A DNA stretch of 43,672 nucleotides. It comes from Tubiluchus corallicola. Lineage: Eukaryota; Animalia; Priapulida. How positions within the stretch are numbered: the first letter of the stretch is position 1; every line of letters begins with the position of its first letter. The notes under the pieces are model-generated. The model searched no databases. It was not told the origin of the DNA and saw only the letters and a list, made by a program, of their open reading frames with translations. Positions 1 to 10,809 of this stretch are shown piece by piece. A program made the translations under genes and the position numbers. The DNA lies in assembly GCA_030141605.1 (NCBI GenBank), contig JAQGDQ010000936.1, positions 1 through 43,672 on the forward strand, read 5' to 3'.

Positions 1-290
1 GAAAGATAATTGTTTATTAATTGTGCAATATCTGCTACCCTTTCAGCGACTTCTTCGCAATATTCTTGAGACAATTCCTTTAACTGCTCAGGTAAAAGTT
101 CATGGTAGCGTTTGTGTACTTCAATAAACTGCTCATTAAGAGACATTAATTCAACATACTGAATTTTAACACCCTCTTTACCAGCATTGACTTTAATTAA
201 ATCGTTTACTTTTGCAATCTTTTTGGTAATTGCACCCTTTAAATGGCCCCTGGCTATTCTTAATTCACTGAGCTGCTTTTCTTCAGCCAT
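1..290 (-). CDS. Partial ORF, probable BEL/Pao-type LTR retrotransposon Gag N-terminus (runs off window edge)
   Basis: ATG at 290 opens 96 stop-free codons: MAEEKQLSELRIARGHLKGAITKKIAKVNDLI...FIEVHKRYHELL...YCEEV. The R-G-x-x-K-x-x-I-T and F-x-x-x-H-x-x-Y pattern resembles the helical N-terminus of BEL/Pao Gag (recognised by eye). Absent from the ORF track because it has no stop in the window. Confidence 0.6.
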   Translation of the reverse strand, partial: MAEEKQLSELRIARGHLKGAITKKIAKVNDLIKVNAGKEGVKIQYVELMSLNEQFIEVHKRYHELLPEQLKELSQEYCEEVAERVADIAQLINNYL

Positions 291-2042
291 GATAAATTAA
301 TGATCTTCAAAACTGAAACAAGCTAAATATGGTACAAAGCGGGCATGTGTTAGGGAGGTATAAAAATAATATACAGTAAACAAACTGAGCCTATTTTGCA
401 CACAGAGCCTAGGCAAAATCGTGTAGATGTACAGCTATGGCTAGTCCAGCAATAAATAAATCCAATATCCCAACAACAGCAGTGTAATCAGGTCTGTAGC
501 TACATGCATTCAAGCATTAATTTTACTACTTTACTTTTGCCCAAAACCAGTTTGTCAGGAAGCAGTACAAACTTCCTTCCAGTGCAAGTTAACTCAAAGA
601 CTTTTAAACAGTTGGCTTAAAAATAAATTTACCCAAATACTGTATGAATCCAAATCACAGAGAATAAGCTAATACTGTAGCCCAAAATTAGAAACAGATA
701 CAGGTTATGACCTTTACAAGTTTCATAAATAACACTACTATAAATGCATTAGTCATTACAACCACAACTAACAAATTACAATACAATGTAACCTTACAAT
801 AACAATGTATACATAGCTGCTCATGTAGCCTTTGCTTGATCTTCCACCAGCTCATGCAGGTTGACAAGAATCCATTGACAGCAAACAGGGCTACTTGATC
901 CAGGAGCTTCTAACTGCTGGTACAGGATAATAAACGATGAATGTAGCATGCATGACCCATTTCTTCAAAAGTGACCAAGAATGCTCAAACACTCATTCCA
1001 AACATCAAGTCCAGACATAAGTGTGTTCATTAGTTGTTTATTCTGTTAAGAATACATATATGTAAATAATTTCATTGCTGCATATTTTATGATTTAATAA
1101 CTTCAAATTAGTACAAACACAAGCAAATCTCTTAAAGTAACATTTCACTAATACAGTTAATTTCAGTAATTAGTCAAATCAGCAAAAAATATCAAATTAA
1201 ATAAAAGCAACTTACATCCTTGCCCAAACATTAGAGCACCTTTAGAAAAACAGTGACAGACTGCAGACAGCAGGAATCAATACAGTTATCAAGCCACAAA
1301 TCTATAATTCACATGTGTTCAGTCCTAACATATCAAGACCAAGTGTGAGCAGCATTTCACAAAGCCAGGTACTAAAGTCGCCAACCATGAAATCACCTGA
1401 CAGGTAAGTTGAGGTAACTGCCTGCTGGCCTCAGAGGGCAGCACTGTCCTGTACAGCTAACATATACATTTTACAATATTTACATAAACAAACAACATTA
1501 ATAACAGTGCAACGAACGAACAATATTAATCAGCATAATCACGTATGTAAGCAAATCTATAATTAAGCCGTCTAAGACTACAGTATCTACACATTACTAA
1601 TGAGTTAGTTTGACAGAAGGCTTTTATAACATTCAATATTCATTATATCTAAAGATAGGTGAGGAACAAGTTTAAGATCACATTACTTTACAAGGTCAAA
1701 ACTAACTATGAATGAGGCTTTGACAAGTGTTTGAAATTGCGACTCTTTGAGACACTTTAGCAATTATAACGAAATCTGATCCCGGATAACTAGGTGAAAG
1801 TGTTTTAATTACAGAACTACACAGTGATTAAGAAACTACACGTGCCAGACTTAGAATTTTCTCACAGATGATAGCTGACTTATGATTCCAATAACTGCCG
1901 TTATAACTGCCAAGCTAGACACACAAGAATTACAGTTTTTCACTACAGAGATATTTTTAGAAATATATATCTTATACCACTGCAAAAGCACAAAGCTCAC
2001 TGCCAAGCACTCAATGTTGAGTAGTCATTATGGTGAAGATTG

Positions 2043-2045
<3 letters not shown>

Positions 2046-2081
<36 letters not shown>
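2046..2081. repeat. (TA)n microsatellite
   Basis: Pure AT dinucleotide run. Confidence 0.95.
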
Positions 2082-2088
<7 letters not shown>

Positions 2089-2503
2089 TATGATTTCTCC
2101 GGCCAAGTTTTATATATATATACTACTGGATTGTACCTTACGGGGACAGTGTCCAAAATGTAGCATTAGGGGGACATTCAGTAAAATGCCCTTTAAAAGC
2201 TATATATTTGCAAAATTATTGTCAAAACTGTACTAGATTAACTCTACTACCAAAATTCTATATTCTATTATTAATAAATGCACACCTTGGCCGAAGAAAA
2301 CAAAACAATGCCAATACTTATCATCAAGTAAAGAATGAATGCCACTAATACACAGAGGCAAGAATTTCCATTTGAAGCAGTTTCACGTTTTTCCTTGCAG
2401 AGTTCAATTTAACAATTGCTTTAACTTAGCAAATAAATTAATATTAGAACTAAATAATATATAAAAAAATAAAACATATAAAACAAAAAATATATAACTT
2501 TAC

Positions 2504-2639
2504 TCCTGATATATGCTTCTGCAGCTGTAGTTGGCCATGTAGTCGACGTCCCTCTTCTCTTCCACAATATTTCTCTAAATCTAATTGGTCCAACGTAAAG
2601 ATGGCAGCACCGTCCAGGCCTGCAAACAACTTGCATACA
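2504..2639 (-). CDS. EPS8: EPS8-like exon 20: SAM-like effector region (VCKLFAGLDGAAIFTLDQLDLEKYCGREEGRRLHGQLQLQKHISG)
   Basis: Acceptor tttcag, donor gtaaag; 136 nt, phase 2 to 0; fits the EPS8 C-terminal L.G..LF.L...L..C..EG.R...QL..QK pattern. Confidence 0.9.
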
Positions 2640-2679
2640 CTGAAACAAATGGACAGTATTCTTTCATTTTGTATGGCAT

Positions 2680-3100
2680 TATCAGCTTATTCGAAACTCA
2701 CAAAAGTTTTTGAAAATAGGAAAATTTCTTTGGAAACAAAAATCAGAATGTTCTCAGCCTTAGTTGAAACTGTATTTCTGTATAACTCTGAGCTCTGGAC
2801 ATTAAAAGAAAATCATAAAGCTGAAATTGATGCATTCCAAAGGCGAAATTACAGAAACATTTTGTGTGTCAGACGGCCAAAGAAAATTTCAAATGAAGAT
2901 CTATATGAAAAAATAAAAGAAGAACCTTGGACAAGAAAATAAAAAAATGCCATTTAAGATCGACAAGTCATAGAACCAGCCAAAAAACCCGCAGGAGGAC
3001 AAATGTTAACATATTTAAATTTTGCTCAGAAAGATTTAAACACTTCAGCACTGATCCTAAGAGAGATCAACAGAATCGTCTCCCTGGACGTATGATTCAT
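2680..3100 (+). mobile_element. Degenerate 3' fragment of an RTE-clade non-LTR retrotransposon
   Basis: KISLETKIRMFSALVETVFLYNSELWTL...IDAFQRRNYRNILCV...KISNEDLYEK is the typical post-RT region of RTE LINEs; stop/frameshift near 2940. Confidence 0.8.
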
Positions 3101-4356
3101 TGGATGATTTTATTTTGCACACCTGAATAACAGATGGCCAAGTAACATCTTGGATGACTGCATATGGTAAGATTAAATATTTTCAGCTGCATTCAATTTC
3201 AAATTAAAAAAAGCCAGTTTATTAATACTAATAATACATTATTATATTGTAACAAATGTCCTCTTAGCAGATGCAAGTGACTAAAAAGTACATTAAATTC
3301 TGTTAGTCCGACAATAATTTTAGTAGAGACAATATTTGACTATCATAATGTGGCGACATCTACAGGCAAGAAAAAGCATAAGCTGCTGCGCCTTTAAGGA
3401 AGCATTTTCAACACTATGTTTATTTGTTTCATTTATTTGATTTATTGACATTTATAGATATATTAAAATAGTAAAAAAGAAAGAATTCACCAGGCACGAG
3501 CGCACTGAACATAAAACGACACACAAAAATACTATTTATAAAAACAATACCCTAAAACTGGATACAACTCAAACTTGCTCTTACTATCCAACAATTACAT
3601 TATATTTGACAATTTTTGTAGGTTTCTACTCCTCACACAACAGACCGTGCAAAATTATAAATGAAATGCTTACCCCGAAATAAAAAATCGACTTTTAGCA
3701 AAAAAATTGAAAAAAGATTTCAGTAACTGCAGTGTTTGCATTGTAACAATGTACAGTATCACTTGTGTGAAATCAGCTAATGCAGAAAATTTCAACTATC
3801 AAGACACAACACTGATAAACTTTGGCCTCAAGTCTACTCTACTTTTAAGGAGAAATTCCTGTTAAAAGATGAAAGGACCTCAATTTCTCCTTGGCCGATC
3901 AGTTGGTTTTTCCTGGAACTTTCTAAAGCCGACAGTTCTCTTAGGCTGTAGCAAGCAGGTGATCTATAAAATAGTGTGTACAATCACACAAGTGTACACA
4001 AGACTAAGCTACTCAGTAGGCTAAGTTGGATTAGCCTGAAAAGGGTGTGTTTTTCTTAATTTTATCCAATTAAATCTCTTATAAATGTTCAAACAAATAG
4101 CATGATTGGACAGCCGAGATTCTTCTGAATACAGCAGAATCTAATTTGTAATCATTTAGTTATGTCTGTGCTCATACAGTAGTAGAAACGCCATAGGTCT
4201 TTTAAGATCTATTTTGAATGATGCGGTCTTGAACGAGTTCAAAGGCTCATAAAAAATGTAACCAATGTTGTTATCACTATTTATGTCACTATTTACACTA
4301 ACCATGTATTGACTGCTCATACATATCAGTGATAGTATTAAAATATCAAAACTCAC

Positions 4357-4522
4357 TGTTCACTAAATCCTTTTCCGGACAACCACTCTTGAACTTCACT
4401 TTTGCTCGAATGATCCGAGAGGTAAACGTCAGCAGAAATCTTACGAATCTTTAATTTCTGATGTTTGCCCAGTGTTAGCTTTTGGTGAAATTCGTCTTGT
4501 ACTAACGTAAGAGGTGATACTG
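4357..4522 (-). CDS. EPS8: EPS8-like exon 19: effector region start (VSPLTLVQDEFHQKLTLGK...SSKSEVQEWLSGKGFSE)
   Basis: Acceptor ttttcag(cag), donor gtgag; 166 nt, phase 1 to 2; VQDE..L and S...EV..WL..KGFS motifs. Confidence 0.9.
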
Positions 4523-4781
4523 CTGAAAAGCAGCATGTTGCGTGTCAATTTATTAAAAAAACTGTAATGTGATGACGCAAGTAGCGGGCCAAAAAATTCT
4601 GATTCACACAGACGGTTGTAATATTAACAGTGCAGCTGTCTGGTTAATTACCGGTGCAGCGAGCAGGCATTGCACAGAAATCTATAAAATGCTTTTTGTC
4701 AAACCAAATGCAATGCACACAATGTAGCTGCCACAAGCCATTTGTTTCTTTGGCGAGGCTCAATTACAAGTTAGTATTCTG

Positions 4782-5158
4782 TAGGGGCGAGCATCGAACG
4801 TTCGAAGAATTCGATTTGAACGAGTTTTTTTCATTTAAATTCAATTCGAACCTAAAATTATACATTCGAATAATTCAGCACTTCAGCCACATACATTCTT
4901 TATCATTAAAATGTTCGGAACGGCATGCAATTAGCACTATTTTGCTGCAATTTCTGTGCAAAATTTTTAACAGACTGATAGCTAGTGGTTTTACTGCAGA
5001 ACAAAATCAAGTAATATGTATGATCTTTGTAAGACCACTTTTTACTAGTAGTTCGAAAGTCTTTGAAACTCGATTCAGATTCGAAATGTTGAAATTTGGT
5101 TCAAAAGACGCAAATTCGATGGCGAATTCACTTTCTGGTTGCGAATACTCTCCCCTAG
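4782..5158 (+). mobile_element. MITE-like element, family A copy 1
   Basis: Imperfect terminal inverted repeats taggggcgagcat...gaatactctccccta; homologous inverted copy at 6615-7117. Confidence 0.7.
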
Positions 5159-5428
5159 TATTCAGTTTCATTGACTGAATTTCTGTCGTACACAAAGTAC
5201 AGTTCCTAATTAAAATTGGCGACATATGTAAAAAGATTAATTAAGATAAAATGCAATATTAAAAACACCTAGTTAAGAATGTAGTTAAGAATGACTACAT
5301 ATTTGACTATTTTTTTAGTTGAGTTACCAATTATATATTAAGTTCCACACCTTCTTTCAAAACTCAGAATACCCATGATAATTTACGATATACTTGATCA
5401 AAATATTTCTTGACTTTAACAGTCTCGT

Positions 5429-6287
5429 TGTGAAATTAATTGTTCTCTGTTCCCAATATATTTGTGAAATTAATTGTTCTCTGTTCCCAATATACTTGTG
5501 AAATTAGTTGTTCTCTGTTCCCAATATACTTGTGAAATTGATTGTTCTCTGTTCCCAATAGATTTGTGAAATTAGTTGTTCTCTGTTCCCAATATATTTG
5601 TGAAATTAATTGTTCTCTGTTGCCAATATACTTGTGAAATTGGTTGTTCTCTGTTGTCAATATACTTGTGAAATTATTTGTTCTCTGTTCCCAATATACT
5701 TGTGAAATTAACTGTTCTCTGTTCCCAATATATTTGTGAAATTAGTTGTTCTCTGTTCCCAATATATTTGTGAAATTAATTGTTCTCTGTTGCCAATATA
5801 CTTGTGAAATTGGTTGTTCTCTGTTGTCAATATACTTGTGAAATTATTTGTTCTCTGTTCCCAATATACTTGTGAAATTAACTGTTCTCTGTTCCCAATA
5901 TATTTGTGAAATTAGTTGTTCTCTGTTCCCAAAATATTTGTGAAATTAATTGTTCTCTGTTGCCAATATACTTGTGAAATTAGTTGTTCTCTGTTGCGAA
6001 TATACTTGTGAAATTAGTTGTTTTCTGTTGCCAATATACTTGTGAAATTGGTTGTTCTCTGTTGCCAATATATTTGTGAAATTAATTGTTCTCTGTTCCC
6101 AACATACTTGTGAAATTAATTGTTCTCTGTTCCCAACATACTTGTGAAAGTAATTGTTCTCTGTTCCCAACATACTTGTGAAATTAATTGTTCTCTGTTC
6201 CCAATAAACTTGTGAAATTAGTTGTTCTCTGTTCCAATAAACTTGTGAAATTTATTGTTCTGTTCCCAATATATTTGTGAAATTAAT
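5429..6287. repeat. 34-bp minisatellite, about 25 copies
   Basis: Unit tgtgaaattaattgttctctgttcccaatatact; period 34 (5431, 5465, ...). Confidence 0.95.
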
Positions 6288-6425
6288 TAAATATATATAT
6301 AAACTTCATTTATTTTGAGTGGATTTACAACACAGTAACTATTACTGATCACAGTATTTCCACTGACTAGTAACAGTGAAGCTCATATTTTGTACAATAA
6401 AATGAGTGATAATAAAATTTCTTAC

Positions 6426-6485
6426 ATTTCTGAGGTTGTGGCTTTATGTCTCTTCCACCATATCCTGAATCAGACTTTTTACTCG
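6426..6485 (-). CDS. EPS8: EPS8-like exon 18 (ASKKSDSGYGGRDIKPQPQK), 60-nt symmetric exon
   Basis: Acceptor ggcag, donor gtaag; phase 1 to 1, open and in frame with both flanking exons; linker sequence with no conserved motif. Confidence 0.7.
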
Positions 6486-6614
6486 CTGCCATGGAATATG
6501 AAAGCATTTAACATTAGTGATCAATTTAAAAAAAATTGCACTTTCATGCAGTAGCAATGTTTTTTATTACAGTGCAGATTTAACGAGCCAAACGATAGAT
6601 AAACAAAAAACAGG

Positions 6615-7117
6615 TAGGAGTGAGCATTCTCTACCAGAAAGAGAAATCGAATCGAATTTGTCACTTTCAAATTATAATCGAAACGGAACTTCCGTATTTC
6701 GAATTGAAACGGAACTTTCGTACTTCGAATTCGAATTGACACGGAACTTCCGTACTTCAAATTCGAATTGAAACGGAACTTCCGTACTTCGAATTGAAAC
6801 GGAACTTCCGTAATTCGAATTGAAACCGAACTTCCGTACTTCGAAGTGAAATTGGAAGATTTTCGAACAAGTTTTTGAACCACCAGTAAAAATTAGTCTT
6901 ACTTAGATCATGCATATTACTCGATTTCGTTCTGCAGTAAAACCACTAATAATATGTTTATAATTTGTGCAGAGCAATCGTAGCTAAATTACGCTAATTG
7001 CATGCCATTTCACTCCCTTTAATGATAAAGAACGTGTGACTGAAGAGCTGAATTACTCGAATCTATATTTTTAGGTTTGAATCGAATTCAAACTCGAACG
7101 TTCGATGCTCACCCCTA
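6615..7117 (-). mobile_element. MITE-like element, family A copy 2 (inverted), with internal ~26-bp tandem expansion
   Basis: Ends taggagtgagcattc and cgaacgttcgatgctcaccccta are reverse complements of the copy 1 ends; internal repeats gaattgaaacggaacttccgtacttc at about 6678-6850. Confidence 0.7.
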
Positions 7118-7483
7118 CAAACAACCATATACACCGAAAACAACAAAATAAACAACAAACATTCAGTTTTACAACTGTTTTTATTATGACAGAGCCAAGC
7201 AATGCTAAGGTACAAGCCATATGTATACAAACGTTAAAAAATATTAATTAGCTGTGTATAAAAGAATACATGCCTCGTAACATGAGATCCAGGTATAAAA
7301 CATGCCATGCACCAAGTATGAATTTACGAAGATAATAAAATTATGAGGTTATGAAGAAAATTTGACACAAACTCTACATGCATACTGAAAATTCAGAACA
7401 CAGTTTAAATTTCATATATTTGGGGAACTCAAGCTCATAAATACGTGTGAAAGTAGCCCGAGAGTGAGTATATTTTTACAGTA

Positions 7484-8625
7484 CAGTAAACTCCGCATAA
7501 CTTAAATCCAACCGGGCCGAAAAAATGTTGATTGGTTAGGCGATGTTGACAGTTTTCTGTCGAAACCACTAGTGATTAGTGCCTTATCAACTGGTATAGG
7601 GTGGGTAAGGGGGCACGTATCCGTTTTGCAGCATGTATACCAACCCACTCATCTTCACCTGAACAAGCACTGGTAATCTTCCCTCTGTTCTTCAGTATTT
7701 CACACGGCGTAGACAAGTGTTAGAAAGAGACAGTGAATTCGAATAGACAATGACAACAGAGTGATTGTTTTCACCTCGTCGACTGAGCCTTTCCGGGAAA
7801 GATCTCCCCAGTAGAGTGTTACTACGTAGTAGCCGACTGAGGCTTTCCCAGAAAGATATTCTGCAGTAGAGTGTTACTACGTAGAAGCCGACTGAGACTT
7901 TCCCGGAAAGATATTCAGCAGTAGAGTGCTACTACATAGAAGCCGACTGAGACTTTCCCGGAAAGATCTTCCGCAGTAGATTGTTACTACATAGTAGCCG
8001 ACTGAGACTTTCCCGGAAAGATCTTCCGCAGTAGATTGTTACTACATAGTAGCCGACTGAGACTTTCCCGGAAAGATCTTCTACAGTAGATTGTTACTAC
8101 ATAGTAGCCGACTGAGACTTTCCCGGAAAGATCTTCCGCAGTAGATTGTTACTACGTAGAAGCCGACTGAGACTTTCCCAGAAAGATATTCTGCAGTAGA
8201 GTGTTACTATGTAGAAGCCGACTGAGACTTTCCCGGAAAGATCTTCCACAGTAGATTGTTACTGCATAGTAGCCGACTGAGACTTTCCCGGAAAGATATT
8301 CTGCAGTAGAGTGTTACTAAGTAGTAGCCGACTGAGACTTTCCTGGAGAAATCAATCCCGGAGAAGATTCGTAAGACATCAAAATTTTCCCGGAAGACGA
8401 TACTGTTTTTGAGTTATACGAAACTCTATTTTTGTAGAGTATAAATTGCATTTTTGAGTTAGGCAAAGTAAATTACACGTATTTTGATTAAATGGACCAT
8501 AACTTTTTATGTGAGTAGGCGAAATTTTTAGTTAAGCGATGTTTTTTGTGGGAAAAAAAAGATTTCATCTACTGAGCTGAAATTCTTTGAGTTAGGAGAA
8601 AATTTGAGTTGCGTGGAGTTTACTG
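7484..8625 (+). mobile_element. Non-autonomous Tc1/mariner (pogo/Tigger-like) element, family B copy 1
   Basis: TIR cagtaaactccgcataact...agttgcgtggagtttactg flanked by TA on both sides. Confidence 0.8.
7779..8345. repeat. 55-bp minisatellite (about 10 copies) inside the family B element
   Basis: Unit gccgactgagactttcccggaaagatcttccgcagtagattgttactacatagta; period 55 (7832, 7887, ...). Confidence 0.95.
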
Positions 8626-8799
8626 TAGTACAGTGAGGAAAGAAATTTATCCAAATTGCATGCAATAGAGAAAATTTTTAAATGTGCATAACGCATGTAT
8701 ACACTAACAAACAGAAATGCAGCTCGGGTTACATAACATAATTTCAACAATGAAGTAATAGTGACTAAATTTTACCACTCAGTCCCTAAAGTAACACTG

Positions 8800-8964
8800 A
8801 CAATTGAAAAGATTTCCACCATTTCAAGCACATGTACAGTAACGGCTCAAAGTAACTCTTACAATTGAAAAGATTTCCACCATTTCAAGCACACGTACAG
8901 TAACGGCTCATAATAACTCTTACAATTGAAAAGATTTCCACCATTTCAAGCACACGTACAGTAA
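8800..8964. repeat. 61-bp tandem repeat, about 2.7 copies
   Basis: acaattgaaaagatttccaccatttcaagcac at 8800, 8861 and 8922. Confidence 0.9.
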
Positions 8965-9340
8965 TGGGTTATCTCTTCAGGTTTCAGCTTAAAACTTAAA
9001 AAAGTGCCCTACATTTGCACTTTGCACACGACGTTAGCATACGTATATTTTACATTACGTTTATAAATTATTCATCCCAAGTTAATTAATATACTGACTG
9101 TATGTACTATCCCATCCAGCAAGTTACAACTACGTGTTAAATTGGTTAGCACATCATTTTACAATCACATACGATTTAAATACAACAATATCTCTCTTCT
9201 TTCCACACAGCTGCTCACGATAAATGAACACATAAGTACAGTCTTGCAACTTGCACTTGATTAACAAGATAACAATAAAAACAACCATAAGAACATGCTG
9301 TGGTAATAAACACTTAGCTGCCATCTGTCACGGAAATCGC

Positions 9341-9740
9341 AAGCCTTTTCCCAGTTTCTCTGTTCTCACGCGCATTTGTTGCTACAGGTCAAAGGTTAAG
9401 TGTACCGGCAATGCATCTTAACTACAACCGTCACATGATGTGCGGGTAAAGCAAAGCCGTCGGCCATGTTTCTTCATCAGCTTCAGTTGTTTTACACGGA
9501 CTTTACTTAATTATGCATTTTCTATGCATTATGCATTAGTAGAGTGATTTACTAGTAGGATCTTGTTTGGGAACAAGTAAAAATGAACTAGGTAAGGTTC
9601 TAGCTAGCTGTTAAATCTGTTACTATTACAATAGTATGCACTGCGAGGCATAGTTTAGTACACACAAATGTGTTATCTGCTACACTTAACCGTTGACGAT
9701 TTTGTGATCACCATCAATCGCCGGAACTGTGAAAAGGCTT
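9341..9740 (+). mobile_element. MITE, family C copy 1
   Basis: TIR aagccttttcccagtt...aactgtgaaaaggctt; internal homology to 10275-10610. Confidence 0.75.
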
Positions 9741-10086
9741 GTCTCGACAAAGCAGAAACAATTGTCACACTCAAAATGCAGAAACACAAAATGTTTGTAC
9801 ACAATAAAAAGTCATACAAACTAAATTAACAAGCTGTAAACAAGAAGAACATATCAGCAACCAAGCTTACACTGCCGATGAAGTGAAAATTTGGTGCTAA
9901 AAATCAATAACTTCATACATGTAAAAATGATGCATAGAAAGAAATATATTACACGGAACGTGCACTTTACAATATATTATGCAGACGGAAAATGCATATC
10001 TAAAAAATGAGAAACAAAATAAAAGAAAAGGTTCAGTGAGAAATCAGTCAAGTTCTAGAGCTATAAGTGTAAAATGGTAGTATCAC

Positions 10087-10216
10087 CTGGTTTGTTGGCA
10101 GCAGGCGCCAAAGACTGTGGTGCTTTCAGGGGCGGAGGTCCGGGGGGTGTTGGTGGGGCAGGCACAGAAAGGGTTAAGTTATTATAGTCCTCCAATGGCA
10201 GCGTAGGAAGTGGCCT
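10087..10216 (-). CDS. EPS8: EPS8-like exon 17: Pro-rich post-SH3 segment (RPLPTLPLEDYNNLTLSVPAPPTPPGPPPLKAPQSLAPAANKP)
   Basis: Acceptor ctcttacag, donor gtgata; 130 nt, phase 0 to 1, in frame; a Pro-rich segment is expected between SH3 and the effector region. Confidence 0.85.
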
Positions 10217-10274
10217 CTGTAAGAGATATGAAAATGTGTATTTCGTAGAGTAACTTATAACTTGTACTCGAATA

Positions 10275-10610
10275 TGCCTTTTCACAGTTTTGTTGTGCGC
10301 ACACGCAGTCACTGTAGGTCAAAGGTTAAGTGTACCACAGCAACGCGTCGTAACTACAAGCGCCATGTTATGTGTGGGTAAAGCAAAGCCAGTTTGCCTC
10401 ATCAGATCAGTAACTTTACTAATGCTCAGGATCTTGCTTAGGAACAAGAAATAATGAACTAAGCAAAGTTCTAGTTAGCTGTTAAAACTGTTACTATTAG
10501 AATAGCATGCGTTGCGCGGCATTGTCAAGTGTACACAAATGCGTTGTCTGGTACACGTAACCTTTGACCTTTTCACGATCATCATCAATCGCTGGAACTG
10601 TGAAAAGGTT
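10275..10610 (+). mobile_element. MITE, family C copy 2
   Basis: TIR gccttttcacagtt...aactgtgaaaagg; shares aggtcaaaggttaagtgtacc and gggtaaagcaaagcc with copy 1. Confidence 0.75.
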
Positions 10611-10719
10611 TATTGACTAACAAAATGACAAGAAAAACAATCACGAAAGCGTGCTATGATAGTAAACACTGAGCTGCCATCTGTCGTGCAAAATAAATTC
10701 AACAAAGCACAAATAATTG

Positions 10720-10809
10720 TCACGGTCTAAATACAGAAGTTGGTGGACCACGCATGGAAAAGGGTAAGTTATTATAGTTCTCCAACGGCAGAATACAGCA
10801 TGGCCCTGT
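10720..10809 (-). other. Diverged duplicate of exon 17: candidate alternative terminal exon or pseudo-exon (TGPCCILPLENYNNLPFSMRGPPTSVFRP*)
   Basis: Clear nucleotide homology to 10150-10216 (ctgcc.ttggag.actataataactta.cc.ttt); acceptor tctcctgcag in phase 0; TGA at 10720-10722. Confidence 0.55.

Noticed and set aside
2601-2942. 113-aa plus-strand ORF as an independent gene
   Set aside because: The 5' part is antisense to EPS8 exon 20 and the rest is a truncated RTE LINE remnant.
3834-3963. Possible alternative terminal exon (acceptor ttttatag, 43 open codons in phase 2)
   Set aside because: No EPS8 similarity; exon 2504-2639 continues the SAM-like domain correctly; an ORF of this length is expected by chance.
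4654-5178. 174-aa plus-strand ORF
   Set aside because: Spans MITE A copy 1, has a non-ATG start and no recognisable domain.
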